Origin: Spizellomyces punctatus DAOM BR117
Taxonomy: Eukaryota
Reading direction: 5' to 3' (one strand)
Assembly: GCA_000182565.2 (NCBI GenBank)
Contig: KQ257468.1
DNA length: 64,000 nt
Part shown: positions 1 through 12,486 of the stretch, piece by piece
How the letters are laid out: every line of letters starts with the position of its first letter
How positions within the stretch are numbered: the stretch's first letter is position 1
The notes under the pieces: model-generated
Seen by the model: the letters and a program-made list of their open reading frames with translations, nothing else
What the model was told of the DNA's origin: nothing
The model's database searches: none
Position numbers and translations under genes: made by a program

Positions 1-3000
1 GCCCCGCCCGACTCATCTATCAGATTGATCATGCCTGCCCTTCTCAACTTCTCACCATTGTACGCGACGGCCCGAAAGCGCTAAAAGCGTTGGCAGTAGA
101 CACTCGGCTAAGCAGCGGAGAAATCTCCTTCTTATCTGCACTGTGTCGGTACTTTAGTGTTCGATCCGAGTATTGGTTAATCGATCACAAACGTAAGTGC
201 CAACCGTCTCTTGCTCATTTGGAAGGAGTAATAGGGAGTAACCGACATTCTTGCATGTAGGATACCTTGACAATGTGAGATGCAACCTTGCTGACGGCTA
301 CGTACCTCGCAACGCGTTGGAAATGAGAATGGGACGCTATGTATCCCAGTGCACTCTTGACAACAATGGTGGTAAACGTCTTCTTGCGGTTGCAAGAGGT
401 ATAACTTCTGAGTTACGAAAGAGAGGTGGGACGGTTCCTGTGAGTCCTGTTCTGGGCGGGCCAGGGGAGCTCTGGACACTATGCTATTTCTTTATGGTCT
501 TCTGGAAAGCAGTGCGGCGAAATGCATACGAGGAGATTTTAGTGGCTCTCGAAGCCATGAATCCGATGTTCCTGCCTGAACGCGATCAAGTTGCGGTAGC
601 TCTGGAGATGATAACTACAAACAGTAATCTGGTTACAATCTTTGGGATGAACAGTTTGTCAATGGCGGGTGCGCTACATCCACTGCTGAGGAAGGTGGCG
701 GAAAGGGAGAAAAACAAAAGCATCCCGCAGGTCATGGAAACACACAAGGATGTAGAGGAAGCGACCACGCTGCAAACGGCAGTTTTCGAACCTGACGATG
801 AATCAGCCGAGTTGTCTACGGTAGCTTTCGGGAAGAGCATTCTGAATGCATACATATTTGTTTATCCCATACTACTGGACATCATACTGGTTGTAACACT
901 GGGTTCAGGTATCTTTGCGAGCGACAGGATGAGCGTCGACGTCCAAGAAAGCGCAAGTCTTGTTCTTCTTGGTAAGGCACCATTATGCGCTATTTAACAC
1001 TCTTTTCTCACGCACGAAATCTTCCATCAAGTAATGTTTCCGATAGTCGGTGCCGTCATGAACTCGATCGGGCGAACGGTTACTTACTACTTCTATCAAC
1101 GAAGTATCCCTGTAATGATTGCCGCATTTTACCGTCGGCTTGCCGCTGCCTGCCTCCTATTCACGGTATTTGGCATCATGCTTGGAGGTATAACATACTA
1201 TCGAACGGATGACCTGATCCTTGCTGGACTTACCCTCGTCTACGCAATTTCCTTTGGGTGAGCATTTGTATTCTATTTCATTCTGACGACTGCTTGCTGA
1301 ATCTTCTTGAAACCAGACTATTTATGATACTCTTTTGTGTGCTCATCATAATGCGAGACCCAGAAGAGTACTTTTTTAAATCACAAGGGCCGGCAGCTGT
1401 CATGAAAATGCTCCCAATCTTAATCCCAAATGCCTTTATCTGCCGTTTTGTCTTGAACGCTACTATTAATCCTTACATAATTTGGTCCATGTATGTGGGT
1501 TCCCTCATACTTTCAACAATCTACATGACATACTCGTACACGCGTATAGCGGCAGCATACCTTCGGTGGCCAGATGCGATCCATATCACACCAAGGGAAA
1601 AGATACTGGAGGCTTACGGGAAGCATCACCCTCCGCCGGAGCTACAGGCAAAGGAAGACGTATACACTTTCGGGCGGCGAAGTCGCAGATGGGAGCGTTT
1701 TGCTACGGAGTGGTTCAGCTCACAAGCGGAAGAAGCTCTGCGTACTAGAAGCAGGAAAACCGAACCTCTTGTTCGTAAGCGGCTTTCTAGTTGGTTCTGG
1801 GAAAAGCTCTTGATGGGCTGGTATATTCCGCGATCAGGGATCAAGCCACCAAAGCCATTTTCAAGCGAATGGGATAGCGTGGTTAAGCAAGCGATTGCAG
1901 AGTTGAAGAAAAAGTATACCGTCGAAAAGATCAATCGCGGTGGAATCTTGTTTGACAATGAGCTACCTGCAATATGCTTTGGCTTTCTATATTTCTTTAC
2001 CCTTTTTGCCGATCGATGGACGGTTCTCATTGCATCTGGAAAAGCACTGTTCTTCTTCACAGACGGCATTGAAAGCGATTACGTGCAAGGAACGTTGGCC
2101 GGAACTATCTACCTGCTTTTGTCCTCTGGGATCTTGGAGCTTACTCTGACCAAGTTTTACGAAAAGCACAAGCGTATTTCTATGAGGTCCGTTGCTGAGA
2201 GCGAAGGGCCAGACGATATCATCACACGTCATCGAAGAGCCCTTTCAAAGATATACGCTAGTGAACTATGCCGCTTCCTTGTGTTCAGCGGCCTTATCCT
2301 CATTATTACCACGGCATGTGTAATTACGATCGGCTTCAAAGATGATCGCATGGATCTTATCTACACGTACGCTCTATCGGCCTTTGGGTTTGCCGGGTTA
2401 CTTCTTGGGCTATTCACCAAGTTGTTTGTCACATCCTTGGAGTCGACTGTCAATCTATTTTTAACAATCGCGATAGTCATTAGCATTGGCGGAGGTGTCG
2501 CAGCGGTCCGCATTCTGGCGAGTAGTGAATATGCCGTGATTGCCACGGCTGCGAGTGGATGGCTCTTTGCACTTGGGTGTATCGCGAGTCGATATAGTGA
2601 AAAGCTCCGCAGCGTTCACTATAAAGTCCAAGTTTGTAAGTGATATCTTCAAACATTTGGCAATGGTAACGATACTCATGAGATGTTATGCTTTAGCTCC
2701 TGCCCTTACCTCGTCTGGGCAGCGGCATATTGGCCACCATACTACTCCTGCAACTGACAAAGCTCGCAGCCTGCTCGCCGCAAAATTGATAGCAAATAGG
2801 AAGAGCTGCCAAAAAATCCGACCATCATCCTCTCTTGGGGATTCCATACGTTCCCGTCTGCAGTTTATTTTGGAGACGATGGGCGGTCTACCACCGTCGC
2901 ACCTATTACGAACTGCTGTTCCGTCTATTTCATCCTTGATTGAAGACCTTTTATCTGATTTCAGGTTAGGACAACTAAAAGTTTTTAGATGCAAAGAGGC

Positions 3001-6000
3001 GTTGCAACCAGCTGGCATTAGACATGCTGCCATCTCAGCGCGGCCGGCGGCAGTTACCCACCTTCTGTACGTGTTCCTCCCACCTAAAGACAGTGAAACG
3101 GCGGATGAAGAGGACCTGGCTATCATTTTGGAGGCCTTACTTCACGAAATTGCCGAAGCAAAGGGCATGTCCCACGCTGCTGCTTGCATCTCCGAGATGT
3201 TTGTGGGAATCTCCACCGCATGGCTGAAAGAAGAAAAAACAGACTGGATTCGGAATATATTCCCTTCAAGGATAAAGCGCCAATTGCGGGTCGCAGATGA
3301 TGGAGAAAAGGCCTCGATGTGGTGCAAAACCAAGGATGTTGTGGCATCGAAGGCTTGTTTGAATTTAGAAGTAGATGAGATCTGGAATCGTAAGATATCC
3401 CATCAAGATCGCGTTTTCTTAGTGGGTGTTGCTCGACTGTGGTGGGATTCGTTTGATGAATCCATACAGGTAAGTAACGTTCCCATTAGGATCATGGTTC
3501 TTCGTGCTAACTTCTCTTTAATAGATTGGTGCCTTGCCACGTAACTTGGCAAAATATCTGGACACTGCGCCAATGTCCATTGTAAAGTTACTCTCAGCGA
3601 AATGTGGTGATAAACAGGAGATCGACTTAAAGGCCCACGCATCCCAATCCATATTAGCGTCACTCCTAGCTCTGAACATTCAAAAACTCTACGACGCAGA
3701 AAGCGACAAACTTGAACGGGCTTTCTCAGCTCCTAGCAGTCTGTTGCCCCAGCGACACTATTCGCCCACGACCTGGACCCGCTTTTTCAGTCTTGCTTTA
3801 GACATTCAGGTTTCGCTGTTTTTGGCTCTCACTGCGGATGAACGTTTTGGACGTGAAGTCGCGTCCCATACGCTTCTATTGCGTCTTCCTTGCGCACTTG
3901 TTAATTGGATGAGTAGGGGCTTATTGAACACATTGCAGCATGGAACGCTGTATCGTTGGGATCCTGCGATAAACAATACCTTGAAGCAAATGGAGCGTGG
4001 ACTCTCACGCATCCACCATCATGGTCGCTCTATGAATGGTCATCATGGTGTTTCGTGCGTAGAAACGTACCATGGAGCTACGCACACGATCGTCGCTGTA
4101 GTGACAGGACGTGAGACAAATGCTCAATCGGGAAGAGATTGGCTAACTGTGGATCGTTATGCTCTTGGGGGACCAAAACCGCCAAACTGGAAACCTGGTG
4201 GAATGAAACCAGTCAGTCGAGCCTTCTTTGAGGAGGTGACTATAAAACACAAAAAGACGCTCCGTATTGCCCACGAGCATATTTTCGACAACAACGGGAA
4301 TACGTGCAAGAGTCATGTTTATGTCTATCGAGACCCAACGTCCATCGTTGCCCAACATCGATACGTTGTCCCAAAAGCTGTGGATTCGAAGCAATGGAAG
4401 AGCAGTGACGTTAGCACAGTTGAAGGCACAGACGAACACACATTTTCGCAGTTGCATGGTAATGTTGTTGTGACAGAGGCAACTCTACGCCGCAAGGATG
4501 CAGGAACCGGAAAGTGGGTCACAATACAAGCAAAGTATGAGTACAACGACAAGAACAAATGGGGAACACCAGATCTTGCAGTTTTCCACGGAGCCTATCC
4601 ATCGCCATGGAAAATGATAGTGGAGTATGCCAAATCTTCACGAGGAATCCAAGATTCGCCCAGGTTCATATCCGTAGAAATACAGCGAGAGCACGAACGT
4701 GCAGTAGTACGTACCAAGTTTGATTACTCTCATCCTCAGCATGTTCGTCATAAGAGCATCCGTGTCATACCGGGTGAAACTGATGAAGTTATCGTTGCAA
4801 CACCTCCCGAAATTGAACAAGATCCTCTTAGTTTGCTCAGTACACAGGCACCTGCGAGCCTGTATTCCAGTTCAGAGTTTTTTGTGTCCGGCTTAACCTC
4901 CAAACATCGCAAAAGCTATACGCTAAAGTCTCCCTTTGGAAAGTTGGAGCGTATCGAGTATTATTCTGCACCCTACCCTACTCTTCGACGAAGGGAAATT
5001 CTTTGGGCTGCTTGGCGGAGGGGCGACGTACCTGCACCTTTTGCCCGAGATTTAGATGAGCGATTCTTGCGTGCTGAGCCGCTCCTCTCCGCGTATTGGT
5101 GGAGACGGGATGCGGGACAATTTAAAGGCGCTCAGAGAGTGCTACGGGAGCAGAAACACAAATTAAGCGCAGAGCTGCAAATGCTGGATCGGCCTGTGAC
5201 AAGGACGCATCTCCAGATAAGGTATTCTGATCTGTACATCTTGGGTTGCGGAGGTGATGCGCACAAAATCTATGCAGAGGGCGATCTGGATGAGGAAAAC
5301 CGACACTCCATTCGCCAAAGTATACGGGCAAATCGAGCGAACGAACTTTTACAGGTTATGAACCTAGACAGTGGCACATGGCCAACGGGTGGTGGAGGAG
5401 TGGGGTCCTGTCGACGTGATTTGATTCACGGTCTTCACCGTGTTCGCTGGACGGCCGTCGCGGAACTGGGTTCGGCAGAACTCGTTCAAAAGGATTACCC
5501 AATTGAAAAACACATTGACTCCATTGCGTACGTGCCTCTTTGGGATCTTGATTTTGGAACACCCAACGAGAATATTCATCGAACAATTCCGTACACCACA
5601 CTGCAAGCAAAAAGTCGACGGACGACTAATCATGTTGTCAAAACCCAATTTGTCCCTTTGATTGAAAAGCTTATCAAGGGTTGCCTTCTTGATCCGATCA
5701 CTGAGCATGATGTTGATGAATTTGCAAAAGTCTTTATAGATTTTCACATATTCTTTCTGCAGTACGACTGGACAACTGCATGGAACCATGTTCTTACTCA
5801 GGAAGCTTGGATCAGAGGATGGTTGCAAGATACATATGAGTTGTGGAGTAAAGGACAGCTCCTGGATCCGGAAACGCCAACATTGCGGCATATCGAAATG
5901 ATGTTTGATCTCATTGCCCGTTTGCTCATGCCTCTCACGGTGGAGATTCCCGCAGTCCCTGTCGTGCATGCGTCACATCACGGAATCCAGGCGATTATTG

Positions 6001-7169
6001 GGGTCGTTGCAAAATCGCTGCATGGAAGTTCCCTGATTGTGTGGGATCATGGGATCTTGTGGAGAGAACGATTGTTTGGGTTATGCACAGATGAAGCTAT
6101 GCCCAAGTTTGTCCAAATTGCCTTTGCCGGGATTACAAGGCTAGTGGCCAGGGTTGTGTTTGCCAGGTATGCTCTGTCGTCCAATTGAGCGCTGATATGA
6201 TTTTGGCTAATAGATAAGCGCTTGTTATAGGGCGGACTACATCACCCCGTGCACTAGCGTGCAAAATGTTCACTGGGAAGCTTGGTTGGCAGGAGGTAAC
6301 ACTTAGCAGTCGAGAATATCATTTATGATAAAACAATTAACACCATTGATTTTCCCGTAGGCAAATATGGGAATGCACTTGAAGCGGCATCCATGTATGC
6401 GAGGATTAATCCCGTCTTAAACGGCATGGACGTTACAAAGTTCCATCCTGATCCCACACAAGAACCAAATGAACCCACTGCCATTATGCTCTCACACATT
6501 TCTCCGGTCAAGGATGTAATGAATGCCATCAATGCAGCGCGCATCATTGTGCGAGATTTCAAACTTGATACGTATCGATTACACATTTACGGATCAGCGG
6601 AAAAAGATCCACCATATACGACCGAGTGCGTACGGGCCATTGCCAACTACGGTCTTGAGAAGCATGTTATAATGAAGGGCCTGGGTAGTCCTTCCAAAGC
6701 TCTACCAACTGGATCCATCTTTGTCAATTCATCAATCACAGAAGGCCTTCCTCTCGCCCTCGGAGAAGCGGGTCTTTGTGGTCTACCAGTAGTTTGCACA
6801 GACGTAGGAGGAAGCCGCGAAGTCATTCAAGATGCACGTGTCGGAGAAACATATGGCTGGATTGTCCCTCCGTCCAGACCAATGCAGCTCGCGCTCGCTC
6901 AAATGCGGGTATTGACTGTGACGGATGGTGTTGCAAACCAGACGACCAAACTGGACGACATTCTGGGTGCCGAAGACGACGGTGCTTCGCTTGCAGCTAG
7001 AATCATGTATCCTGGAGTGAGGGAGATGCGAAGAAAGCTTGGAATGAAGTTGCGCGAACGGATCATGGCTGTTTTCTCTGTTCGTAGATATTGGAGGGAA
7101 CATGAGCAGATCCTCTGGTTGGGTCCTCTGTACGAGCAGGTGAAGAGGTCAGAATTACCTATTTCTTGA
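1..7169 (+). CDS. Very large multi-pass membrane glycosyltransferase with C-terminal DUF3492/GT4 (PelF/Gtb3-like) domain; 5' end lies before the window; multi-exon
   Basis: ORFs 251-997, 1034-1261, 1258-2643 (many TM helices), 2540-3544, 3534-6188 and 6393-7169 are joined by short GT-AG introns. Motifs include DSGTWPxGGGGVGSCRRD, IVWDHGILWRER (PelF/DUF3492-like), LSHISPVKD and NSSITEGLPLALGEAGLCGLPVVCTDVGGSREV (GT-B/GT4 EX7E). Confidence 0.8.
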
Positions 7170-7379
7170 TTATCATTGCGCTGCAACTACAATATTACAC
7201 ATACTACCCTACTGGAATATCTGGATGTGCATACTGGCTGGGTACTATATTATCAGCCCAGGCCTTCATAACTTCCATACTCTTTTAAAGTCAAGATCAG
7301 ATAACACGCCAAAATCGGTCAGTTGCAAGGTGCAGTAAATTGCATAGTATCATATATCAATGAATGGTGCGGTGTCTCC

Positions 7380-9472
7380 TCATGAAGTCTCCCGGTCTTT
7401 AATATGGACAAGGACTCCCTTCTTGTATCCACATGTTATGCCATCGACGGTCCAAGAAAAGTCTTGGTCAGGGAGCAAGGTCATCGAGAACTCTTGGAGA
7501 ATCCGAATGAGAATGATCTGCATGCCAATAACAGATGTTTATGTCACCGGATTTTCGTTTAGCAGCCAAGATATGACAATACCGACCTTGACTTCAAGTA
7601 CAGCCATCTTCCAGCCAACGCACATCATAGGACCAGCACCAAACGGGAGGTACGCTGCGTCCGATGCCTCATCTCTAGCTTCCTCCCATCGTTCAGGTCT
7701 GAACTTTTCGGCATCAGGTCCCCAGTATCGTGGGTCTGTCTGCATGCCTTTGACGTTCAAAATTACAGGAGACTGAAACATCACATGGTTATGGCTTGAC
7801 GCAACCGACACCAGAGCAGTAGCGAGATACTCACGTTCTTTGGAACAAGGTGGCCAAGGATGACCGTATCTTTTGTCAGATTCCGACCAATCATAGCAAC
7901 GGGGCCGCTGACTCGGAGCGTTTCCTGAATGTGAATGGTTTGTACATGATATGAAACACGGATACGAGCGACACCTCTCAGTACTCTACGGAGTTACTGA
8001 CCTTTACAACTAATTCCAGATACCTAAGATACACATGTGGGTTAGTAGACTGCTTGCAGACAGGGGAGAAGAAACGACAGAACATTACTTGAGAGCATGG
8101 ACATTCTCCCACGTAAGGACGCCGTCTTTTCCAATGACTTGATCGATTTCATTGAGCAGCTTTTGAAGAGAAGCAGGGTTCTGCATGAGATGGAATAAGC
8201 CTGCTGTAGCGGCGTTCGACGATGTTCTATAGAGGAGAGAAGCCTTTGTTAGGGAGCATATGAAAAGGTACGTATTTCAAGTACACTCTTACTCATGGCC
8301 TGCCTGTAGAGTTGGAAAGGTAAATTGAATACAACCGTATTAGTAGACATGAAATGTATGAAAATGAAATGTAGCACTTGCCAAAATAAAGCCGATAATC
8401 TCATCCAGCAGTTCTTCTGTGGTCAAAGGCTCAGCGTCTCCATCTGACCCCTGCGTTAAGAGTTTATCCAGAACATCCATCTCCTTCTTATCAAGGCTGT
8501 CGCCGATAGTTTTTAATTCCTTCCGCCTCTTTTCCATAATCTCCATCGCAACTTGTCGAGTAACCGTGGAAGGACGTTTAATTTCTTCCTTACCCACGCC
8601 CAACAGTGGCCAAATCCACTGAGGCAAACCCCAACGGTCGCCAGCGGCTTGAACAAGGTATTCAAAAGCAGTTACTTGTTCGGTCTTGTAGTTTGTGGTT
8701 TCTGGGGTTCCAAGCATGGCTAAAGAATTGAACGAGTAACCCCCTAGCGCAACAGCGCCTACAATATCGAGGGTGAGGCATTGCATATGGTGATGCAAAT
8801 TGACAACGGGAGGTGATGAAGGAGACGCCGAGATAAGGGAACGCCAGGCTTTAACCAAACCGTCGGTGTGCTGGACTGATTCTGCAAATATCTTTCGTAG
8901 ATGGAAGGGGCTGAAAGCCGGGGCGACCAACTTCCTGTGGTATTTCCATTGGGAACCACTGCAAGCGACAGGGTTAAGCGTTTGGTGATACAGTAGATTG
9001 ACAATACCCGCTCAAACCTGGGTAACATGAACAATGCGTGCTCGGCGATGCCAATTGCAGCCTTTTGGAAGGTATTATCCCGATAAGCCAACTGAGTGTC
9101 CGTCAGTATTTTACGAGCCTCCTTGATGTCGCAAATAACAGGTGTGAACGCTCCCAGCATATTGAGATTGAAAATTGGACCTTTTTTTAAAACAAAGCAT
9201 GATTAACGGCGATCCATTAGACTCGTACCCATCCGGGATCGCTCACCCAGTTGCTTTTGCTGGTCCACAATAAATTTGAAGAAGCGCTTGCCATCTAGAT
9301 ATGGCCGAATGAGGAGAGTGCTTCCGATAATGGGTAACGATCCCTCGGGATTTGGGATGGTTGAACGATATGAGAAAAGGAGTTTCCATACAAAGATGGA
9401 CAAAAAGAGAATGCCTATGGCCATAATAGGGGCGCTGGCTGGCACGACGATGAGGGCTTCTGGGGAGGCCAT
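7380..9472 (-). CDS. Cytochrome P450, multi-exon
   Basis: N-terminal anchor plus Pro-rich hinge. Spliced I-helix FILAGHETSS, K-helix ETLR, PERW and heme motif PFGAGPMMCVG. Stop TGA at 7380-7382. Confidence 0.92.
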
Positions 9473-10270
9473 GATTACCGAGCGACCAAAAGGTTCAACA
9501 GATAGCGATTTTATGCAACAAATGGAATATCACTAAAAGATGAACGATAAACCATGTGGGGGGAAATGGAGGTTTCGGAGGTCTTTTTATGGTTTTCAAG
9601 TGCTTGTGACATAAAGTTTAAGATCGGCATGTGACTGATATTCTTCTTTAACCCTTGCCTTGATCCCCAACGCCCACGATGATATTCTTTTTGTCTCCAA
9701 CCGTGAGGCAATTTGCAGGAAATCAACCGTTGGAAAAACGCCCGTTGCTAAAGGCTGTCTACGTCCATTCGCTCAATTCATTCAATTCATCATCCATTGC
9801 CATGTGTGTGTGTCCATCTGCTCCGCTTCCGCTTTAAAAGCGTTATATTTCTGTCTTTGGTTGTTGCACTGATTGTTGCAAGTCATAATAAAAATATCAC
9901 ACTTGCCAAGAGTGTTCATGTGACATATTTCTCTCTCTCGGACTTCCGTTCGGAGAATGAATGTCCGACCATTAGTGACGTGTTTCTTTTGCATTGCCAT
10001 TCCCCCCCTTTCAACAATGGGATCTACTGAGCGGATTTCTCCTTTTTTGTGTTGTCTTTCAAGCGGGATGATTTGCCACTGTACGCTAGACCAAGTGGCA
10101 GGTTTACTCTGCTGGCTGGCACACTTTTGACACGAGAAGGCCATGAGTCTCTTCAGTCTTCAGATGCTGGCTACTCTGATTTGTATTGTTATGCCAAAAA
10201 GATATCCGATATAGATCTTGCAAGGACGCTAGCTCAGCGCCAGAAAAAAAGCAGCGGTCACAATCGTGAT

Positions 10271-10351
10271 TGCCAAGGCCGAGAATCGAACTCGGGTCGA
10301 CGCGGTTCTGTGTTTCCACAACGCGATGTACTACCACTATACTACCTTGGC
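10271..10351 (-). tRNA. tRNA-His(GTG) with 10-nt intron
   Basis: The reverse complement reads GCCAAGG TA GTATAGTGGTAGTAC A TCGCG TT GTG G [AAACACAGAA] C CGCGT CGAC CCGAG TTCGATT CTCGG CCTTGGC A. The 7-bp acceptor stem, D-loop TGG, TTCGA T-loop and intron at 37/38 are all present. Confidence 0.93.
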
Positions 10352-10429
10352 AGATGTTCTTTCAACGAGCAACTCGGTATGTCAAGATTGTCCAAGAGTT
10401 CCCTTCAAGCCTTACTAAATCGGTAAGAT

Positions 10430-11170
10430 GTAAACTGCGTAGAATATCCCTATATGTAAAACACTATATCCGTACAAGTAACCCATAATTTCCCAAGTAA
10501 ACCTCAACCTGCACCCAATCGCCTTCCTTGAATCAGTGCTGGTCGTAACTGGTGTTTCGGTTGATTGTCTCGTTGCTTGTAAAGCCTTGCCTGTCAGAGA
10601 TTCCTTGTGCAAGCTGTAAATGTTTAGACCATCGTTCCAATTGTCATATCCATAAAGCTAGCAACAGTTCTCTGGTAAGATGATCTTTCCAAGGCAGTCT
10701 CGCCCATGTTGGAGTAGATTCCTCCATTGGCATTATGGCTTGCTTTAGAATATTTACGGTTACATTGGGGGTTTACATCTTTGGGTCAGAAGCTGATCAC
10801 ACGTATTGATGATCAGATTTACCAAGTTGGGAACGCCGACTTTTGACAGCTGCAACGCAGAGGAAAGCCCCGGAATTCCTTGGCGCAATAATGCGGGGAA
10901 ATGACTTCTTATCTGCTCAGCAAAAGCGTCTGATGGAAAACACTGGCTAACGAGGAAAGATAAAAGGGCTGAATTGCCAAAGTCTTCTCGCTATCCACAT
11001 ACCTGCGTCTTCTATATCTTTTCATTCGGTCGTCAACTTTCCATGACAATCATCTCGTTCCAAATGAGATTGCAACTCTGCTCGTAGCTTGTTGTTCACC
11101 GCAGACCAGAACAGAAATAGCTTGGCTGAATCCAGTTTTAGTCGTTCAAAGTTTGGTAAGTTGAGCATCT
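10430..11170 (-). pseudogene. Possible decayed gene fragment(s)
   Basis: Protein-like stretches on the minus strand (e.g. LNLPNFERLKLDSAKLFLFWSAVNNKLRAEL) and one convincing intron-like GTATGT...pyrimidine-TAG segment (~11002-10947). In-frame stops are present and the frame is ambiguous. Confidence 0.3.
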
Positions 11171-11176
11171 TGCCGC

Positions 11177-12040
11177 TATCAGGTCCATGGCCGGAAGATT
11201 TTTGTTCTTTGGTCGATCCATGCCATAAAGGAACGCTTTGTGACTTTCTCTGAGTCCTTATCGAAATACTCGTCTTTAAGAACCAACTACCTCGCTCCGT
11301 TCTTAACCACGAATACTTTGACAAGGACTCCGAACGAGTGATCGATCGATCATTCCTGGCTTGGGGTCGAAAGGAAAGACAAGAACCCGCGGCTATGGAT
11401 TTACTACGAGAGTTCCTGCTGGTGGTCGTTTAGAACGTTCTGTTTCATCTTAGGATCTAACCCTCCTTTGCGTTTTCCGTCAACCATTAGGTCGTAATCC
11501 CATCGGTTAAGTAGGAGAGGTTAACCGTTCAGCCAACGACGGCTACATCAAACAGACCGGACACCGTATTCCGTTCCTGTTAGCTGTTCGTTGACAAAGT
11601 CGATCCAAAACCGTTGACAAAATTATGCTTGGTAGGTAAAGGTAACCATAGCTTCCGGTACCTACTCGTCCCAGTACGTTTACTGACAGTTTTCTTTTCG
11701 CTTGTCTTTTCTCTTGTTTGGCTCTTGCCCCTGAGTGTCCACGAAGGGAGCACCACTTATGGCCACTTATTTAATCGGTCCGCCTGAGCCACGACCACCA
11801 AATAACTCGACATAAGTAGGGCTCCCTTCATGTAAATTCAAGGGCAAGAGTCAAGGACGAGAGAAAGACGAACGAGACAGTAACCTGTCAATAAACGGCG
11901 ACGACATCAAACAGTGCAAACGACTTGCAGTGTACGGGTGGGACGACAACAACCATCAAGGAGTTTAATCCACGGTAAACAAATAACTCGACAAAAGTGG
12001 TGCTCTCTCCGTCATGCAAATACGACAGTCGACGTTTTGG
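11177..12040. repeat. Patchwork of imperfect inverted and direct repeats made of homologous coding-like fragments
   Basis: Arms 11177-11283 / 11299-11406 and ~11677-11772 / ~11800-11897, plus a third related copy at ~11980-12012. Confidence 0.8.
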
Positions 12041-12486
12041 GCACACCTACACGGTGGTATGAAGGGGTCCCAGCTTACAACTCCTATGGACTTATTCACC
12101 GAACAAGCTGAGCAGTGGTTTGATCTCAATTATACTTCCATATAATGTAAGTAATAAGAGACTGTATCTTCTGTATTCTTCGGGTCTCTTCTGTCAAGTG
12201 CGTTGCACGCATCGGTTCACACATGTGTAGCCAGCATTTGGTCGATACGGGCTGTGCTAATTCTGCCCAGCAATGTGTGTAATCAGCTTCTTCTTAAACA
12301 CTTGGCATATTGGACCAAATATCCGGACTGACTGGCCGTAACAAGTTTGTCCGCTGACTAAAAACAATATTGTACATTAAAGGGAAGGAACAAGCAACAT
12401 AGAACAATTCCCTTTCCCCTCTCGTTCCAATTATTAGTGCCTCGTACGTACAAGTTTATACTGCCCAATGAAGCCCCAACACCGTA

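Noticed and set aside
10860-10972. GAGGAAAGCCCCGG...GGGCT resembling RNase P/MRP CR-I/CR-V
   Set aside because: Spacing is too short and other conserved regions are missing.
10430-11030. Three in-frame TGA codons suggesting selenocysteine or mitochondrial-code reading
   Set aside because: Frames are ambiguous, there is no redox motif or SECIS, and CGA>TGA decay is simpler.
11457-11464. CTAACCCT within the hairpin-rich region as a telomerase RNA template
   Set aside because: The main hairpin is explained by codon-diverged coding homologues. No clear pseudoknot or correctly oriented P6.1 loop was found, and an 8-mer is plausible by chance. Not fully excluded without a covariance search.
11230-11790. 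Complement (non-reversed) reading gives a protein-like frame with only TAG stops
   Set aside because: Not a biologically readable direction; a by-product of codon periodicity in the fragments.
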